Positions 10,114 to 20,808 are shown, counted from the first letter of the stretch. The stretch: DNA of 64,000 nt from a bacterium (GCA_038128225.1 JAYPJF010000002.1:191751-255750), one strand, 5' to 3'. Numbers and translations: made by a program. Notes: generated by a model from the letters alone, not told the origin.

Positions 10114-10701
10114 ATGAGTGCTCTCGAGCGACTTGCGGCACTTTTTGAACGTTTTCCTGGCATTGGTCCTCGACAAGCAATGCGGTTTGTTATGTTCTTA
10201 CTTAAAGCGTCACCCGCGATGCGAAAAGAAATTGCTGATGCGCTTCTCGAGGTTGGTAAAAACGTGCGCCGCTGTAACAATTGTCTCCGTTTCCACGACG
10301 CAACAACACCGTTGTGCTCGATGTGCTCAAGCGCGCGTGACTCCGTTCTCATGGTGGTTGTCCACGATACCGACATTGCAGCTATAGAGCGATCAGGCAC
10401 GTATCGAGGATATTACTTCGTGCTTGGCGGCATGCTCAGCCTTGGCGGCACAACGACCGAAATTCACGAACGCGAACTTGTTGCTCGCCTCAAGAAAAGC
10501 CCCGAGATTACTGAGGTGATCCTTGCGCTCCCCGCGCAACCTGATGGTGACATGACTGCAGCACAGGTGCGTGAAAAAATCACCGCCGCACTCGACACGC
10601 CACCAAAAATAACCACGCTCGGGCGAGGGCTTTCAACAGGAAGTGAGATCGAGTACGCTGACCCCGAAACCATTAGAAACGCCCTCCTGGGACGCCACTA
10701 A
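10114..10701 (+). CDS. recR: recombination mediator RecR
   Basis: PGIGPRQAMR HhH motif, C4 Zn finger, Toprim domain, GSEIEYAD. Confidence 0.95.
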   Translation: MSALERLAALFERFPGIGPRQAMRFVMFLLKASPAMRKEIADALLEVGKNVRRCNNCLRFHDATTPLCSMCSSARDSVLMVVVHDTDIAAIERSGTYRGYYFVLGGMLSLGGTTTEIHERELVARLKKSPEITEVILALPAQPDGDMTAAQVREKITAALDTPPKITTLGRGLSTGSEIEYADPETIRNALLGRH

Positions 10702-11009
10702 ACCTCAAGAATGCGCACTTTAGTGTACAACTGACGGTGTCCACGCTTTTTGTGATAATTGCTTTTTGCGCGGAATTTTTCAACAATAATCTTTTTTCCT
10801 TTGCCCGCTTCGATTACTTCAGCATTCACCGTTGCGCCTGCAATGTAGGGTGCTCCAACAGTTTGGGTACTACCATCGTCAATAACAAGAACTTTGTCGA
10901 AGACGATCTTTTTGCCCGCATCTGCACCTTCGATTTTTTCGACAGTCAACACCGTGTCGTTAGTGACGACATACTGTTTCCCTCCGGTCTCAACAACTGC
11001 GATTTTCAT
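10698..11009 (-). CDS. rplU: 50S ribosomal protein L21
   Basis: AVVETGGKQY...GHRQLYT. Confidence 0.97.
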   Translation of the reverse strand: MKIAVVETGGKQYVVTNDTVLTVEKIEGADAGKKIVFDKVLVIDDGSTQTVGAPYIAGATVNAEVIEAGKGKKIIVEKFRAKSNYHKKRGHRQLYTKVRILEV

Positions 11010-11134
11010 GTCGCGGAAGTGTACGATATTTATAAGAAATATGCAAGGCGCATTGAATCAGAAATTGACTTAGATGATTAAGGTGGCATTATCCTTAGCG
11101 GCCACCCCAGCGGTGGAAACAATGGAGCTAGGAA

Positions 11135-11551
11135 ATGAAATACGAAAAGGGTTCCGACGCCTCTGTGACCTCTTTGGATTCTTCGGAGCGCGACCGCGAG
11201 ACGCGCTGGTGGCGTGTGCTAATTGAGATCCCGGTAATTTTCTGGGGTCTACTCACCGAGTCGATTAAGTTCGCCGGCATTGTTTTTTGCGGCTGGGTTC
11301 TGTGGAATGCCGCCCAGGAAACCGGTGTCGAACTGATCGGGGTTCTGGACCAAGCGGGAAAGCTTTATATGAAGCTACTTGAACCTGGACCGTGGAACAC
11401 GGAACAGATCACGCTTGCCGCCGCCGTCGCTTTCGGCGTCGGTCTCGCGCTCTACAAGAGTTATATCGTATGGGTGCAACTGCGTTCATGGGCGCGCGAG
11501 CACTTTGGCGGCACACGGAAGGCACGACACCTCACGATCAATCCGAGCTAG
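11135..11551 (+). CDS. orphan membrane protein
   Basis: ORF with SD-like GGAG, upstream TTGACT promoter and downstream terminator. Confidence 0.6.
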   Translation: MKYEKGSDASVTSLDSSERDRETRWWRVLIEIPVIFWGLLTESIKFAGIVFCGWVLWNAAQETGVELIGVLDQAGKLYMKLLEPGPWNTEQITLAAAVAFGVGLALYKSYIVWVQLRSWAREHFGGTRKARHLTINPS

Positions 11552-11586
11552 GAACGCTCGTTTATACTTTGGTGACTCACTACTGG

Positions 11587-11616
11587 CGGCCGCAGCACTG
11601 CGGCCGTTTCTTTTTT
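11587..11616 (+). terminator. intrinsic terminator
   Basis: CGGCCGCA-GCAC-TGCGGCCG followed by a T tract. Confidence 0.7.
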
Positions 11617-11623
11617 AAACAGC

Positions 11624-12664
11624 TTAATCAAGCAAAGGTTTCTCGAGGAGCGCCGGTTCAATTCCGGGCGCTTCACCAGAGATTTTTAATACATCCTTAT
11701 CGATTTTTCCCAACTCTTTATACGCGGCATTGTAGTGACTTACGGTCGTACCGAGCGCAACGCCAAGTTTTGCATAGTATTCATCATACTTACCGATGTG
11801 ACGCCCGAGGTCTTCTACCCTATTACGTATTTCTTTTGCCGATTCTTCGATTTGAAGCGCCTTAAGTCCTTGCAAAACGGTTTGTAAATAGGCGAGAAAC
11901 GATGTCGGCGAGACAATAATGACTCGGTACGTACCGGCAGATTTTTGCAGCAAATTCTCCTCGTCGCCCCCCACACGATTCGTCAGAAGGTCGTAATAAA
12001 TACTCTCAGACGGTATCACCATAAATGCGAAGTCAGTTGTATTCTCGCTCGGGCGTATGTACTTCGAAGTTTCTTTAATTCGCATTTTCAGATCGTTCAC
12101 AAAAAGTTTCTCGTACCGCTGCTTAGTGTCAGGATCTGTCGCGTCAAGGTATCGCGTATAATTCTCGAGTGAAAATTTTGAATCAACGGGAATGATTTTG
12201 TCTTTGACAAACACCACCGCATCCGCAATCTCGCCATTACTGAACGGGTACTGCATTTGGTATGCATTCGGCGGCAATACATTCTGCAGTACCGCCTCAA
12301 GATAGTATTCACCGAGTACACCACGCTGCTTGGGGTTGGTAAGCGTATCTTGGAGTTTTTTTAGTTGCTCAGCAAACCCAACAACCTGCTTGTTGGTTTC
12401 GCCAAGCCGCGTAAGCCCTTCGGTAACCTCTTTCACAATACGCGTCGACTCGGAAAGTTGTGTGCGCAAACCTTCTTGCATGGTTTTCGCGCTTTCGCCA
12501 AGTTTTGCATCCATTGTTTGTCGCAGCTCCTGGATTGCTTGTTGCAATAAAAGTGATCCCGTATCATCTTTCTGCCCACGCGCACGAGCCAGTACAAAAA
12601 CGAGCGCCGCGACCGCAAGCGCCAAAACACCAATAACAATTAAAAGAATTGTTACCGCTTCCAT
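11624..12664 (-). CDS. rmuC: DNA recombination protein RmuC
   Basis: PKQRGVLGE, IPVDSKF, TTDFAFM, IVSPTSFLAYL. Confidence 0.92.
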   Translation of the reverse strand: MEAVTILLIVIGVLALAVAALVFVLARARGQKDDTGSLLLQQAIQELRQTMDAKLGESAKTMQEGLRTQLSESTRIVKEVTEGLTRLGETNKQVVGFAEQLKKLQDTLTNPKQRGVLGEYYLEAVLQNVLPPNAYQMQYPFSNGEIADAVVFVKDKIIPVDSKFSLENYTRYLDATDPDTKQRYEKLFVNDLKMRIKETSKYIRPSENTTDFAFMVIPSESIYYDLLTNRVGGDEENLLQKSAGTYRVIIVSPTSFLAYLQTVLQGLKALQIEESAKEIRNRVEDLGRHIGKYDEYYAKLGVALGTTVSHYNAAYKELGKIDKDVLKISGEAPGIEPALLEKPLLD

Positions 12665-12693
12665 GGCCGCAGTGTATCACGACACGTACGTGA

Positions 12694-15318
12694 TTATGAA
12701 AATCGTCGCGCAACCACTTTAAGGGTTTCAATGAGCACAATGTTTGCCACCGCAAAACCAAGCAAGTACAGTGCAAATTGTATAGGAAACGTGGTGAGCG
12801 AGAGAAGTTCACGCATGGGTGCAAGCGTTACGCTCAACACCAAAATCCCGATACTTATACTGAGAGAGACGAGAAGCGACCGGTTGTTGAGAAGTGGTAT
12901 ACGCCACAACGGATTTGAAGGGTCTTTAAGTGACAGTGCAAACGAAAGTGCAGTAATTGAAAGCGCAACAAACATTACACTGCGCATTGTCTCGGCGGGC
13001 AAATGCGCCATAAGAAGCCACCCATAGAACCCGATCAACAGTGCGCTGCCGCCGATACTGACGAGTGTTATGAGTACGCCGAGTTTTCGAGTGAGAATCG
13101 CTTCTCCAAGACCTCGTGGTTTTTCACGCATGACCCCAGTGCGGGCCGGCTCGAACGCATACGGAATACTCATAAAACCTTCGTGGATGATGTTGGTCCA
13201 CAAAAGCTGTGTTGGCAAAAGCGGCAGCGGAGTGCCCATAACGAGCGCGCTCCCAATGACCATAACCTCACTCGCGCTCGTTGAAAGCAAGTAGGTGACA
13301 ATACTCCGCAAATTATCGACGACACGTCTTCCCTCTCGAATCGCAGATACGATAGTCGAAAATTTGTTGTCGAGTAATACCAGGTCGCCTGCTTCTTTTG
13401 CCACATCCGTCCCGCTACCCACGGTAATACCGATGTGTGCTGCAGTAAGTGCGGGCGCATCATTAACACCATCCCCTGTCATCGCAACCACTTCTCCGTG
13501 TTTTTTTAGCACCCGGACAACCCGCAGTTTCTGTTCAGGCAACACACGCGCAAGCACCGTGCACGACGCGAGTTTGGTCGCAAGCGCCTCATCGGAAAGC
13601 TGTTCCATTTCTTCTCCTGTCAGCATCTTCTCAGCGTTAATTCCAACTTCGTGTGCAACCGCGCGCGCGGTTTCTGGGTAATCCCCTGTGAGCATCATGA
13701 TCCTGACACCAGCTCCCTCGACTTCACGTATCGCATCAGGGACATCTTTGCGCACGTGATCTGCAATTGCCAAAAGACCAACAAACACTAGCTGTTCAAG
13801 CGTGCCACCACGTGCGTCGTCAGTTATTTTTTTCTCACGCGTGTCCGCGTACGCAACCGCAAGAAACTTCTGCCCTTGCGCCGCACCATCACGCTGCACT
13901 GCCATAAAATGCTCTCGCGTTTCTTTGTCGAGAATACGCGCGCCTCCCGCCGAAAAACAATGTGTCGCCTGTGCAAGAAGCGGTTCTGGTGCCCCCGATG
14001 CGTACACACGATACGCTCCAACTGGGTTCGCGTTGAGCGAAAGTGCAAAGCGACGCACAGACTCGAATTGAACAAAATCAAGTCGTTCATGACCTTGAGT
14101 GAAAAGTTTCTGCTGCTCTATTCCGTTGGCATAGCCACACTCAATAATTGAACGTTCTACAGGACGGCCACGAAACACGGGTCCTTCAGCAGCGTGTTCC
14201 ACGAACGCATCGGATGCGAGTACCGCCATTTCGATAAGAGCGCGGTTGTCGGGATGATCAACGCCGCCTGCGTGTTCGAGTGTTCGTGCCGTATATAAAT
14301 GTGCGATGCGCATCGCCCCTTCCGTGAGCGTTCCGGTTTTGTCAACAAGAATGACCGTTGTGGCACCCAGCGTTTCCGTTGCAAGCAATCCCCGCACCAA
14401 ACCACCACGGCGCAGAATCGATTCCATGCCAAGCGCGAGTGTAATGGTGACTGCGGCGGGCAATCCTTCTGGCATTGCAGAAACGGCAACCGCAACACTA
14501 ATCAAAAGCATCTCAGCAACTGCAGTCCCACGCAAAAGTCCAACAATGAAGATGGCCGCCAACACCGCCAAAATAAGCAAAGAAATTACTGTCGCAAGCC
14601 GACGCACGCTCGCACTCAGAGGCGTGTGTTCATCTTTTGCATGTAGAGCGAGCGTTGCAATCGTTCCAATCGTTGAGTGCGCCCCCGTCTCAACAACCAC
14701 CCCACGACCGCGCCCCGCAACAACAACCGTACCGCCCCACGCCATATTTTTGCGGGCATTTTTTGGTGCCGTCTCAGGTTCGAGCGCTTCGCTTTTTTCT
14801 ACCGGGTGCCACTCACCGGTAAGCATCGATTCATTAACGTGAAGTCCTTGTGCCTCAAAAATGCGCACGTCAGCCGGCACTACGTGTCCTCCTGCAAGTT
14901 CGACCACATCGCCCGGTACGAGTTCGCGAATAGGAATAATTTTGTGCTCTTCTTGCCGGACCACTTCCGCGGTGGGTGCTTGCGTTGCTTCAAGCGCCTC
15001 AAATATTTTTGAGGCGCGTGCTTCTTGTGCCACGCTTGCACCTACGTTAATACACAGCGCTATCACCAACACCACCGCATCTGCATATTCAGAAAGGAGG
15101 AGCGTTACAATGAGTGCGCCAACAAGAACGAGTGCTAACGGACTCCGAAACTGTCCCACGAGTGCGCGGACAAACGTCCATCGCTGCCCGCGCGTCAGTT
15201 CGTTGTATCCAAATCGCTCCAGGCGTGCCACCGCTTCGCGCGCCGTGATGCCGTGCAATGAAGAATGCAGTTCATCCAACACTGTTGCGACAGTGCGGCT
15301 ATGCCATGGCGAGCTCAT
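12694..15318 (-). CDS. cation-transporting P-type ATPase (type II)
   Basis: PEGLP, DKTGTLT, MLTGD, TGDGVNDAPAL. Confidence 0.95.
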   Translation of the reverse strand: MSSPWHSRTVATVLDELHSSLHGITAREAVARLERFGYNELTRGQRWTFVRALVGQFRSPLALVLVGALIVTLLLSEYADAVVLVIALCINVGASVAQEARASKIFEALEATQAPTAEVVRQEEHKIIPIRELVPGDVVELAGGHVVPADVRIFEAQGLHVNESMLTGEWHPVEKSEALEPETAPKNARKNMAWGGTVVVAGRGRGVVVETGAHSTIGTIATLALHAKDEHTPLSASVRRLATVISLLILAVLAAIFIVGLLRGTAVAEMLLISVAVAVSAMPEGLPAAVTITLALGMESILRRGGLVRGLLATETLGATTVILVDKTGTLTEGAMRIAHLYTARTLEHAGGVDHPDNRALIEMAVLASDAFVEHAAEGPVFRGRPVERSIIECGYANGIEQQKLFTQGHERLDFVQFESVRRFALSLNANPVGAYRVYASGAPEPLLAQATHCFSAGGARILDKETREHFMAVQRDGAAQGQKFLAVAYADTREKKITDDARGGTLEQLVFVGLLAIADHVRKDVPDAIREVEGAGVRIMMLTGDYPETARAVAHEVGINAEKMLTGEEMEQLSDEALATKLASCTVLARVLPEQKLRVVRVLKKHGEVVAMTGDGVNDAPALTAAHIGITVGSGTDVAKEAGDLVLLDNKFSTIVSAIREGRRVVDNLRSIVTYLLSTSASEVMVIGSALVMGTPLPLLPTQLLWTNIIHEGFMSIPYAFEPARTGVMREKPRGLGEAILTRKLGVLITLVSIGGSALLIGFYGWLLMAHLPAETMRSVMFVALSITALSFALSLKDPSNPLWRIPLLNNRSLLVSLSISIGILVLSVTLAPMRELLSLTTFPIQFALYLLGFAVANIVLIETLKVVARRFS

Positions 15319-15372
15319 ATACGTAAGTATATCGCTACTTGCGCCGCATATGCCCGCTGTTACACTACGCGC

Positions 15373-15822
15373 ATGTTGATAGACACCATACGCGCACATG
15401 CGACCGATGCAATGAAGGCGCGAGACTCCATGCGCGTAACCACGCTCCGGAGCATCATTGCCGCATACACCAATGAACTCGTTGCGAAAGGACGAAAGCC
15501 GACCGAAACGTTAACTGATGAAGAAACCATTCTGGTCTTAAAACGGCTTGTGAAGCAGCGCAAAGAAGCAGCAGAACAGTTTACTGCAGGCAATCGCCCG
15601 GAATTGGCCGAGAAAGAAAAACAAGAACTTGGCATACTCGAAGCCTACGTCCCACAAATGGCCTCACGTGAGGATGTCGAGAAAATTGCGCGAAGCAAGC
15701 AAGCAGAGATGAATGTTGACGCAAAAAGTGCTGGAAAACTTATGGGAGCAGTCATGAAAGAGCTCGGCGGTCGCGCTGATGGCGCTGTGGTAAAGGAAGT
15801 GGTCACTAGCCTATTTCAGTAG
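15373..15822 (+). CDS. GatB/YqeY domain protein
   Basis: AMKARD...KQRKEAAEQF..GNRPELAEKE...GKLMGAVMKELGGRADG. Confidence 0.92.
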   Translation: MLIDTIRAHATDAMKARDSMRVTTLRSIIAAYTNELVAKGRKPTETLTDEETILVLKRLVKQRKEAAEQFTAGNRPELAEKEKQELGILEAYVPQMASREDVEKIARSKQAEMNVDAKSAGKLMGAVMKELGGRADGAVVKEVVTSLFQ

Positions 15823-15903
15823 TTGACAGTTTTCTAAGTGATTGTAGAATCTAAGCAGCGTACTGCGTCGGTAACAGAGTAGAATCAAACTCTGGAGGCG
15901 CAT

Positions 15904-16179
15904 ATGAGCAGAAAGATTTGTTTTGCCCCGCGCGTTCTTCGCGTGGACTGCGCTGAAGTGGAGGTGGAACTCCCAATCACGGGGGTGATGCTCACCTTTC
16001 GGTGCGGAAAGCGTGATGAGCCGCTCCCGCACAACCTCATCGAAGTTTCTCGCATGACTGCACGCGCACGATGGCACGGGTCAATTCTCGTTTCCGCTGG
16101 TGGGTGGCTGAATGCCAAATCCGCTGGCGCAGATGCCATCCGCGCGCATCGACAAGAAGTTCAAAAACGGCACAGGTAA
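15904..16179 (+). CDS. orphan hypothetical protein
   Basis: TTGACA-N16-TAGAAT promoter, GGAGG SD, hairpin at 16190-16211. Confidence 0.6.
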   Translation: MSRKICFAPRVLRVDCAEVEVELPITGVMLTFRCGKRDEPLPHNLIEVSRMTARARWHGSILVSAGGWLNAKSAGADAIRAHRQEVQKRHR

Positions 16180-16220
16180 AAGTTTTCCGCCCCGCGCTCA
16201 CTAGCGCGGGGTGACTAATT

Positions 16221-17429
16221 TCAATAGGTCTTCACGATGCGTTGCTGTCGTGACAATAGTGACGTGACGACTGATGCGCCCGCTGCAAGGAGTGCGCCGA
16301 TCATGATCGCCACAAGCACTTCGGCTACAAACAGGTATACGATTCCAACAATACACAAGAGCACGACTCTCCCCGCGTTTAATGCAATTTCCTTAAGGAC
16401 CGTATACTCATCAATATATCGCCCACTGTCCGCTGCCTGCTCATACGTAAGCGCCTCAATCGATGTGTGGTGTACCGTTCTCCCAATCCCGTGGAACCCA
16501 TCTACGATGACAACTTGGAATGGCGAACCGACGAATATTTTGAGCACCCACCCCCCCGCAGAAATGATCGCGCCGTACAAAAGAATTCGCCGCTTGTTCC
16601 ATCGATCAAAAAGCGATCCTGTGACCGCACGCGTCACAAGCACAATCAAAAGCGTAAACGTCGCCACGGCACCTAACATGACATACTCCTTTCCAATGAT
16701 TAAATAGACCGCAAGCGGCCATGCAATAAGAACCATCGCCGATTGTATCCCTTCTGCAAGGTGACTAATCACGAGCGGCTGGTTGCGCGGATGAACTAAT
16801 TGTCGAAAGGTTTCTTGATAGGACCACGTGTAGCGATCATACCCAGTTGGAATGTACCCGAGTGGAATGAGTGCGACACAAATGAGACCCGCCCCAAGCA
16901 AAAACAAAGACGAAAAACCTGTCGTTGCTACAATGTAACCACCCACAAATGGTGCAAGAGTAACCAGTATATCCGCACCATTCTCAAGTGTCGCAAGCTG
17001 TCTGCCTCGCCACCCTGATTCAGAAAGGCGCGCCATATCTATTTGATACGGCACCCAATAGAGTGCTCGGTACAGAGCTTCACTCACAACAAAAACTATG
17101 AGCGCGGCAGGAAGCGAAAGCGTATGCGGTGATGATGCAAGAAAATAGAGCGCCCCCACTCCCCCGACGAGTGCTGGCAGCGCGCATGCGATAAGCGTTC
17201 GTATTCCTAAGACACCAATGAGCCGAGCAGCAACGGGCGTCAACGCCGCAGTGGATGCATACAGCAATGCAAAAACTCCAAGAAGATCCGTGAGTGAGGA
17301 GTCAAGTTGCTCGTACAGAAAAACCACTGCAAAAACCCCGAACGCTTGCAGTGCGAGGCGTATAAGTACCCGCTGCGTAAAGAGCGCAGCAAGCCCTACG
17401 CTCATAGGTGTTTGTAAGAAATAATTCAT
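16221..17429 (-). CDS. MFS-type transporter
   Basis: about 12 hydrophobic segments; GSLFDRWNKRR MFS-like loop motif. Confidence 0.8.
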   Translation of the reverse strand: MNYFLQTPMSVGLAALFTQRVLIRLALQAFGVFAVVFLYEQLDSSLTDLLGVFALLYASTAALTPVAARLIGVLGIRTLIACALPALVGGVGALYFLASSPHTLSLPAALIVFVVSEALYRALYWVPYQIDMARLSESGWRGRQLATLENGADILVTLAPFVGGYIVATTGFSSLFLLGAGLICVALIPLGYIPTGYDRYTWSYQETFRQLVHPRNQPLVISHLAEGIQSAMVLIAWPLAVYLIIGKEYVMLGAVATFTLLIVLVTRAVTGSLFDRWNKRRILLYGAIISAGGWVLKIFVGSPFQVVIVDGFHGIGRTVHHTSIEALTYEQAADSGRYIDEYTVLKEIALNAGRVVLLCIVGIVYLFVAEVLVAIMIGALLAAGASVVTSLLSRQQRIVKTY

Positions 17430-17478
17430 GCCTACACTCTCGAGTGTAGCAGGAATTATTCTTCAAAAGAGCGCTTGT

Positions 17479-17973
17479 TCACAACCCGCGTATGTAGAGG
17501 CGCAGACGATGCAAAGTCCACGCAACAATAAAAATCGCGACGATGTACGTTACAAGATACGTACCAAATGAAAACGGCAGCTGCCCCGCAAGTCCAAGAA
17601 GCGCTGCGCCCCACCATGACGTAAATGAGATACTTGCGCCGAGCCACAAAGGAACCCATCGCTTGGAAAGCGCGACGGCATTCGCAACAATCGCGACAAA
17701 CATAAGGTCTTTCATCCAAATTTTCTCACTCGAAAAAATCCACATATTGTCCTGAGAGAAATGGTACCAAAACATGCCGATGACTGAGAAAAAAATGATC
17801 GCCATGCCAACACGAATCATGCGGTAATTCACGTGCATAAGCGCGCGCTCATCATCGCTCACTTTTCCATCTCTCAGCGCCTGACTAATCTGAAACTCGG
17901 CAATAGTTGCTCCCCCAGCGCCAAGGACAGTTCCGATCACGTGCCCAGCAACAATCAGCGAGTACACATCCAT
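17479..17973 (-). CDS. membrane hypothetical protein
   Basis: 4-5 TMs, HVIGTVLGAGGAT; leaderless start. Confidence 0.7.
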   Translation of the reverse strand: MDVYSLIVAGHVIGTVLGAGGATIAEFQISQALRDGKVSDDERALMHVNYRMIRVGMAIIFFSVIGMFWYHFSQDNMWIFSSEKIWMKDLMFVAIVANAVALSKRWVPLWLGASISFTSWWGAALLGLAGQLPFSFGTYLVTYIVAIFIVAWTLHRLRLYIRGL

Positions 17974-17992
17974 GCCGAAAGTGTATCACGTG

Positions 17993-18065
17993 TGGACCCA
18001 AGGGGGCTCGAACCCCTCACCTCGCCCATGCCATGGGCGCGCTCTACCAGATGAGCTATGGGCCC
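17993..18065 (-). tRNA. tRNA-Ala(GGC)
   Basis: cloverleaf GGGCCCATAGCTCA...; anticodon loop ATGGCAT; GTTCGA T-loop. Confidence 0.93.
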
Positions 18066-18159
18066 TTCTCGTGGATTCTACCAGAACCACGAGTTTGTAC
18101 AGTCTACGGGCGAAAGGGCAAAAAAGTGACCCGCCGCTTCCTCGCGACGGGTCACCACA

Positions 18160-18567
18160 CTACAACTTCACCCTGCATTCGATATTGTCCTTCCCAAAGT
18201 TCCATTCTCCAGACGAAACGCGACGTAACTGTGTAAAAAGGCGCATCAGCCTCTTGAGTGTTTGGTAGGCAGCCTCTCGCGATGGAAACTGAACATAGTT
18301 CCCATCGATTAGATAAGAGTCTGGCGTGCTTGTACACTTTTCGCTAAGAAACGAGTAATTTCCGTACGGCCCTTCTCCAATCACGAGATGTAGTTCAATA
18401 CCGACATCACATGCAAGTGGCTTTTCAGGCGCGCCCCAGAGTGATGTAAATTTTGGATCAACATGGAGACCCCTCAAAGGCGCCGAGCCGATGCCAGTTA
18501 AAAACACCACCCCTCCGATCATGAAAAGCGCGCAACACGCACTGAAAAAATCTACAAGTGTTCGCAT
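18160..18567 (-). CDS. orphan secreted/membrane protein
   Basis: TTGCCA-N16-TATGGT promoter, GGGAG SD, N-terminal hydrophobic segment. Confidence 0.55.
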   Translation of the reverse strand: MRTLVDFFSACCALFMIGGVVFLTGIGSAPLRGLHVDPKFTSLWGAPEKPLACDVGIELHLVIGEGPYGNYSFLSEKCTSTPDSYLIDGNYVQFPSREAAYQTLKRLMRLFTQLRRVSSGEWNFGKDNIECRVKL

Positions 18568-18642
18568 GAGATTTCTCCCGGAATAGAGTTTTCCTATGTA
18601 CCGCATGTACCATAGCACATCGACTCAACCTGGCAATTTTTG

Positions 18643-18714
18643 TGCTCCCGGCAGGAATCGAACCTGCATCGCCTCCTTCGGAGGGAGGTATCCTATCCGT
18701 TGAACGACGGGAGC
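18643..18714 (-). tRNA. tRNA-Arg(CCG)
   Basis: anticodon arm CCTCC-CTCCGAA-GGAGG; GTTCGATTC T-loop. Confidence 0.93.
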
Positions 18715-18747
18715 CTAAAGGCGTGCGCGCATCTTCGCACGCATATT

Positions 18748-19857
18748 TTAGTATGCAACACGAACTTCTGAACCCAATTCATAAAAACCCTTGCCCACCG
18801 CATACTCAACAAATAATGTTGCCTTGCCAGCTTTTTTTGCAGCAGCGATAGGGGCGCGAGCGACCATACGAGGAAACGTAATATATGATTCCCAAAATGT
18901 GAGCGTCGTAGTATCTGTTATATCAACTTCAGTGAGTATCCAGATGTCGCAGCTATCGGACACGTCGTCTATAGGGATAGCGAACGTGACATTTTTCGGC
19001 ATATCTGCAGAATCACACGTATATGTGTGCATCGCGGTGACATGCGCAAGAAATTCATTAGGTGCGAGCACTTCAACCCACTCATGTGTCAGGCGAATCT
19101 TTTTTGGGGGGTGATGCACGCTACCCGCTTCAACGAGCGCGCATGAAATATGGATGCGTTTTGGAACGATGCTCCCTCCCATGGCAAGATGCGGCAAAAA
19201 GTGCGCGCACACGTCGGGGAATGACTCGCCCATTAAACCTTGGGTGATCGTTTCGGAGAGAAGTACGTCAATTGGAGCGTGCGGTATGTATTGGATTGCG
19301 TCAGCTACTACCAGCTGCACATTGGTGAGATGATGCGCATCAAGAATACTCCGCGCAATCCGCGCAGAATGACGATTGTACTCGATCAAAGTCACCGCGC
19401 TTTCAGGGCGCGCGAGCGCAGCGTAAAGTCCTAGGAGCGGCACTGCGCCACATCCTGCATCGACAATGTGCATGCGCTTGTTCGCAGGGTACTCCGCCAG
19501 CACGTCTCGGATACCTGATAGAAACTTTTTTGTTCGCACCACGTCCTCAAAAGAATTATACGTTGCGCCGCTTTCGAGTGCTCCAGATGCAAGCGACTCG
19601 CCATGTTCTTCGGGAAGCGCTTCGAGTGCATGCGCGTCAGTAAGTGCAAAGAGCCTCAACGTAAGGTCGGTGGGATAGCGCATGCCATGAAACTCTCGCC
19701 CAGGAGCTTCTTCGGATGCCTGTTCAGGAGTATCCGGCAGCGCATCAAGTAGCGTGTCGAATGTGGCACGCGTGAGCGGCTGGTTGCCGAAACGTTTTTG
19801 TCCCTCACTTTGTAATGCTCTGAGCAGCGCGCGCGAATCAAATTTGTTGATGCTCAT
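18748..19857 (-). CDS. class I SAM-dependent methyltransferase, PRMT-like layout
   Basis: IVDAGCG motif I, DVLLSETI..GLMGE double-Glu-like loop, GGSIVP then beta-rich C-terminal domain. Confidence 0.7.
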   Translation of the reverse strand: MSINKFDSRALLRALQSEGQKRFGNQPLTRATFDTLLDALPDTPEQASEEAPGREFHGMRYPTDLTLRLFALTDAHALEALPEEHGESLASGALESGATYNSFEDVVRTKKFLSGIRDVLAEYPANKRMHIVDAGCGAVPLLGLYAALARPESAVTLIEYNRHSARIARSILDAHHLTNVQLVVADAIQYIPHAPIDVLLSETITQGLMGESFPDVCAHFLPHLAMGGSIVPKRIHISCALVEAGSVHHPPKKIRLTHEWVEVLAPNEFLAHVTAMHTYTCDSADMPKNVTFAIPIDDVSDSCDIWILTEVDITDTTTLTFWESYITFPRMVARAPIAAAKKAGKATLFVEYAVGKGFYELGSEVRVAY

Positions 19858-20140
19858 CACGTCGTACATTACGCTCAATATACGGAATCGCAATTAAGTG
19901 ATGTATCACGTCGGAAAGCACCAATGCGCCACCTATAACAAATAGCCATGGCATGTGTTCAGAATATGCTGAGCCACCCATCAAAAGAAATCCCGGAAAT
20001 GCGTGGTGTACACGAGGAATCCCAAGTTGCCTTTGAATTTTCTCGCTTTCTAAACAAAAGTGGCACCGCAAGACTATAGTGACGACTTCAAACGCTCCTG
20101 TAAAAAACACGAGCGCAACGATGTGCTGGGGTTCAAGCAT
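19838..20140 (-). CDS. small His-containing membrane protein
   Basis: 3 TMs, RVHH and SDVIHH motifs. Confidence 0.6.
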   Translation of the reverse strand: MLEPQHIVALVFFTGAFEVVTIVLRCHFCLESEKIQRQLGIPRVHHAFPGFLLMGGSAYSEHMPWLFVIGGALVLSDVIHHLIAIPYIERNVRRDEHQQI

Positions 20141-20217
20141 GTCCCATCATCGTAGCATGGGATGTGCCGCACTTACTGTGGATTGTGATTTTCCTTTATG
20201 CACCAAGCTTTTTCGGC

Positions 20218-20718
20218 TCAGGCTTTTGCCGCTTCATCATTTACTCCCCGCGTGAAAAGACCCCCTTCCGCTATCGACGAAAGTGTTGCGTCTGCTTCTT
20301 TCTCTTGATCGAGAATCTCTTCCAACGCGTCCTTGCCACTGTCGCGCAATTCTCCGGCCCACGCAACGAGCGTGCCATAAATGCCGATTTCGATGTGCTC
20401 AACAAGTTGCGCCGCTGCGATAATGACGGCATCTCTCACCAGTGGTGACTCAACCGTATCAATTTCTTCACCTGCCGAAGCAAGGAGCATGCGAAACGGT
20501 TCGAATGTTTTTATCACACCTTCTCCGCCACACGCGGCAAGCACCCCAGATACTTTGTCGCGCTGCTGCCGAGTAATCTTAAGATGTTCGGAGAGCGCCC
20601 CGACAAGATCAGGATCTTTTGCTTTTGCAATCAGGGGTGGCAAATGTTCGATGATTAAATCTTCGACACAAACTGCTTTAGCGAGTTTGTTAATGTATTC
20701 CGTTTTTAACGTATCCAT
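20218..20718 (-). CDS. YciE/YciF (DUF892) ferritin-like stress protein
   Basis: RDAVIIAAAQLVEHIEIGIYGTL...ILDQEKEADATL. Confidence 0.9.
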   Translation of the reverse strand: MDTLKTEYINKLAKAVCVEDLIIEHLPPLIAKAKDPDLVGALSEHLKITRQQRDKVSGVLAACGGEGVIKTFEPFRMLLASAGEEIDTVESPLVRDAVIIAAAQLVEHIEIGIYGTLVAWAGELRDSGKDALEEILDQEKEADATLSSIAEGGLFTRGVNDEAAKA

Positions 20719-20747
20719 AGCGTTGAAAATTAATTGCTAACACACGT

Positions 20748-20780
20748 ACTCTACCGAATAGCAAGTGAAGACTTACTGAA
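20748..20780 (-). promoter_or_regulatory. shared stress-cluster promoter box (yciF-like gene)
   Basis: TTCA-gtaagtc-TTCA-N12-TAGAGT on the minus strand. Confidence 0.65.
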
Positions 20781-20808
20781 CACGCTCCACGCTCCTACCG
20801 CGCAACCA

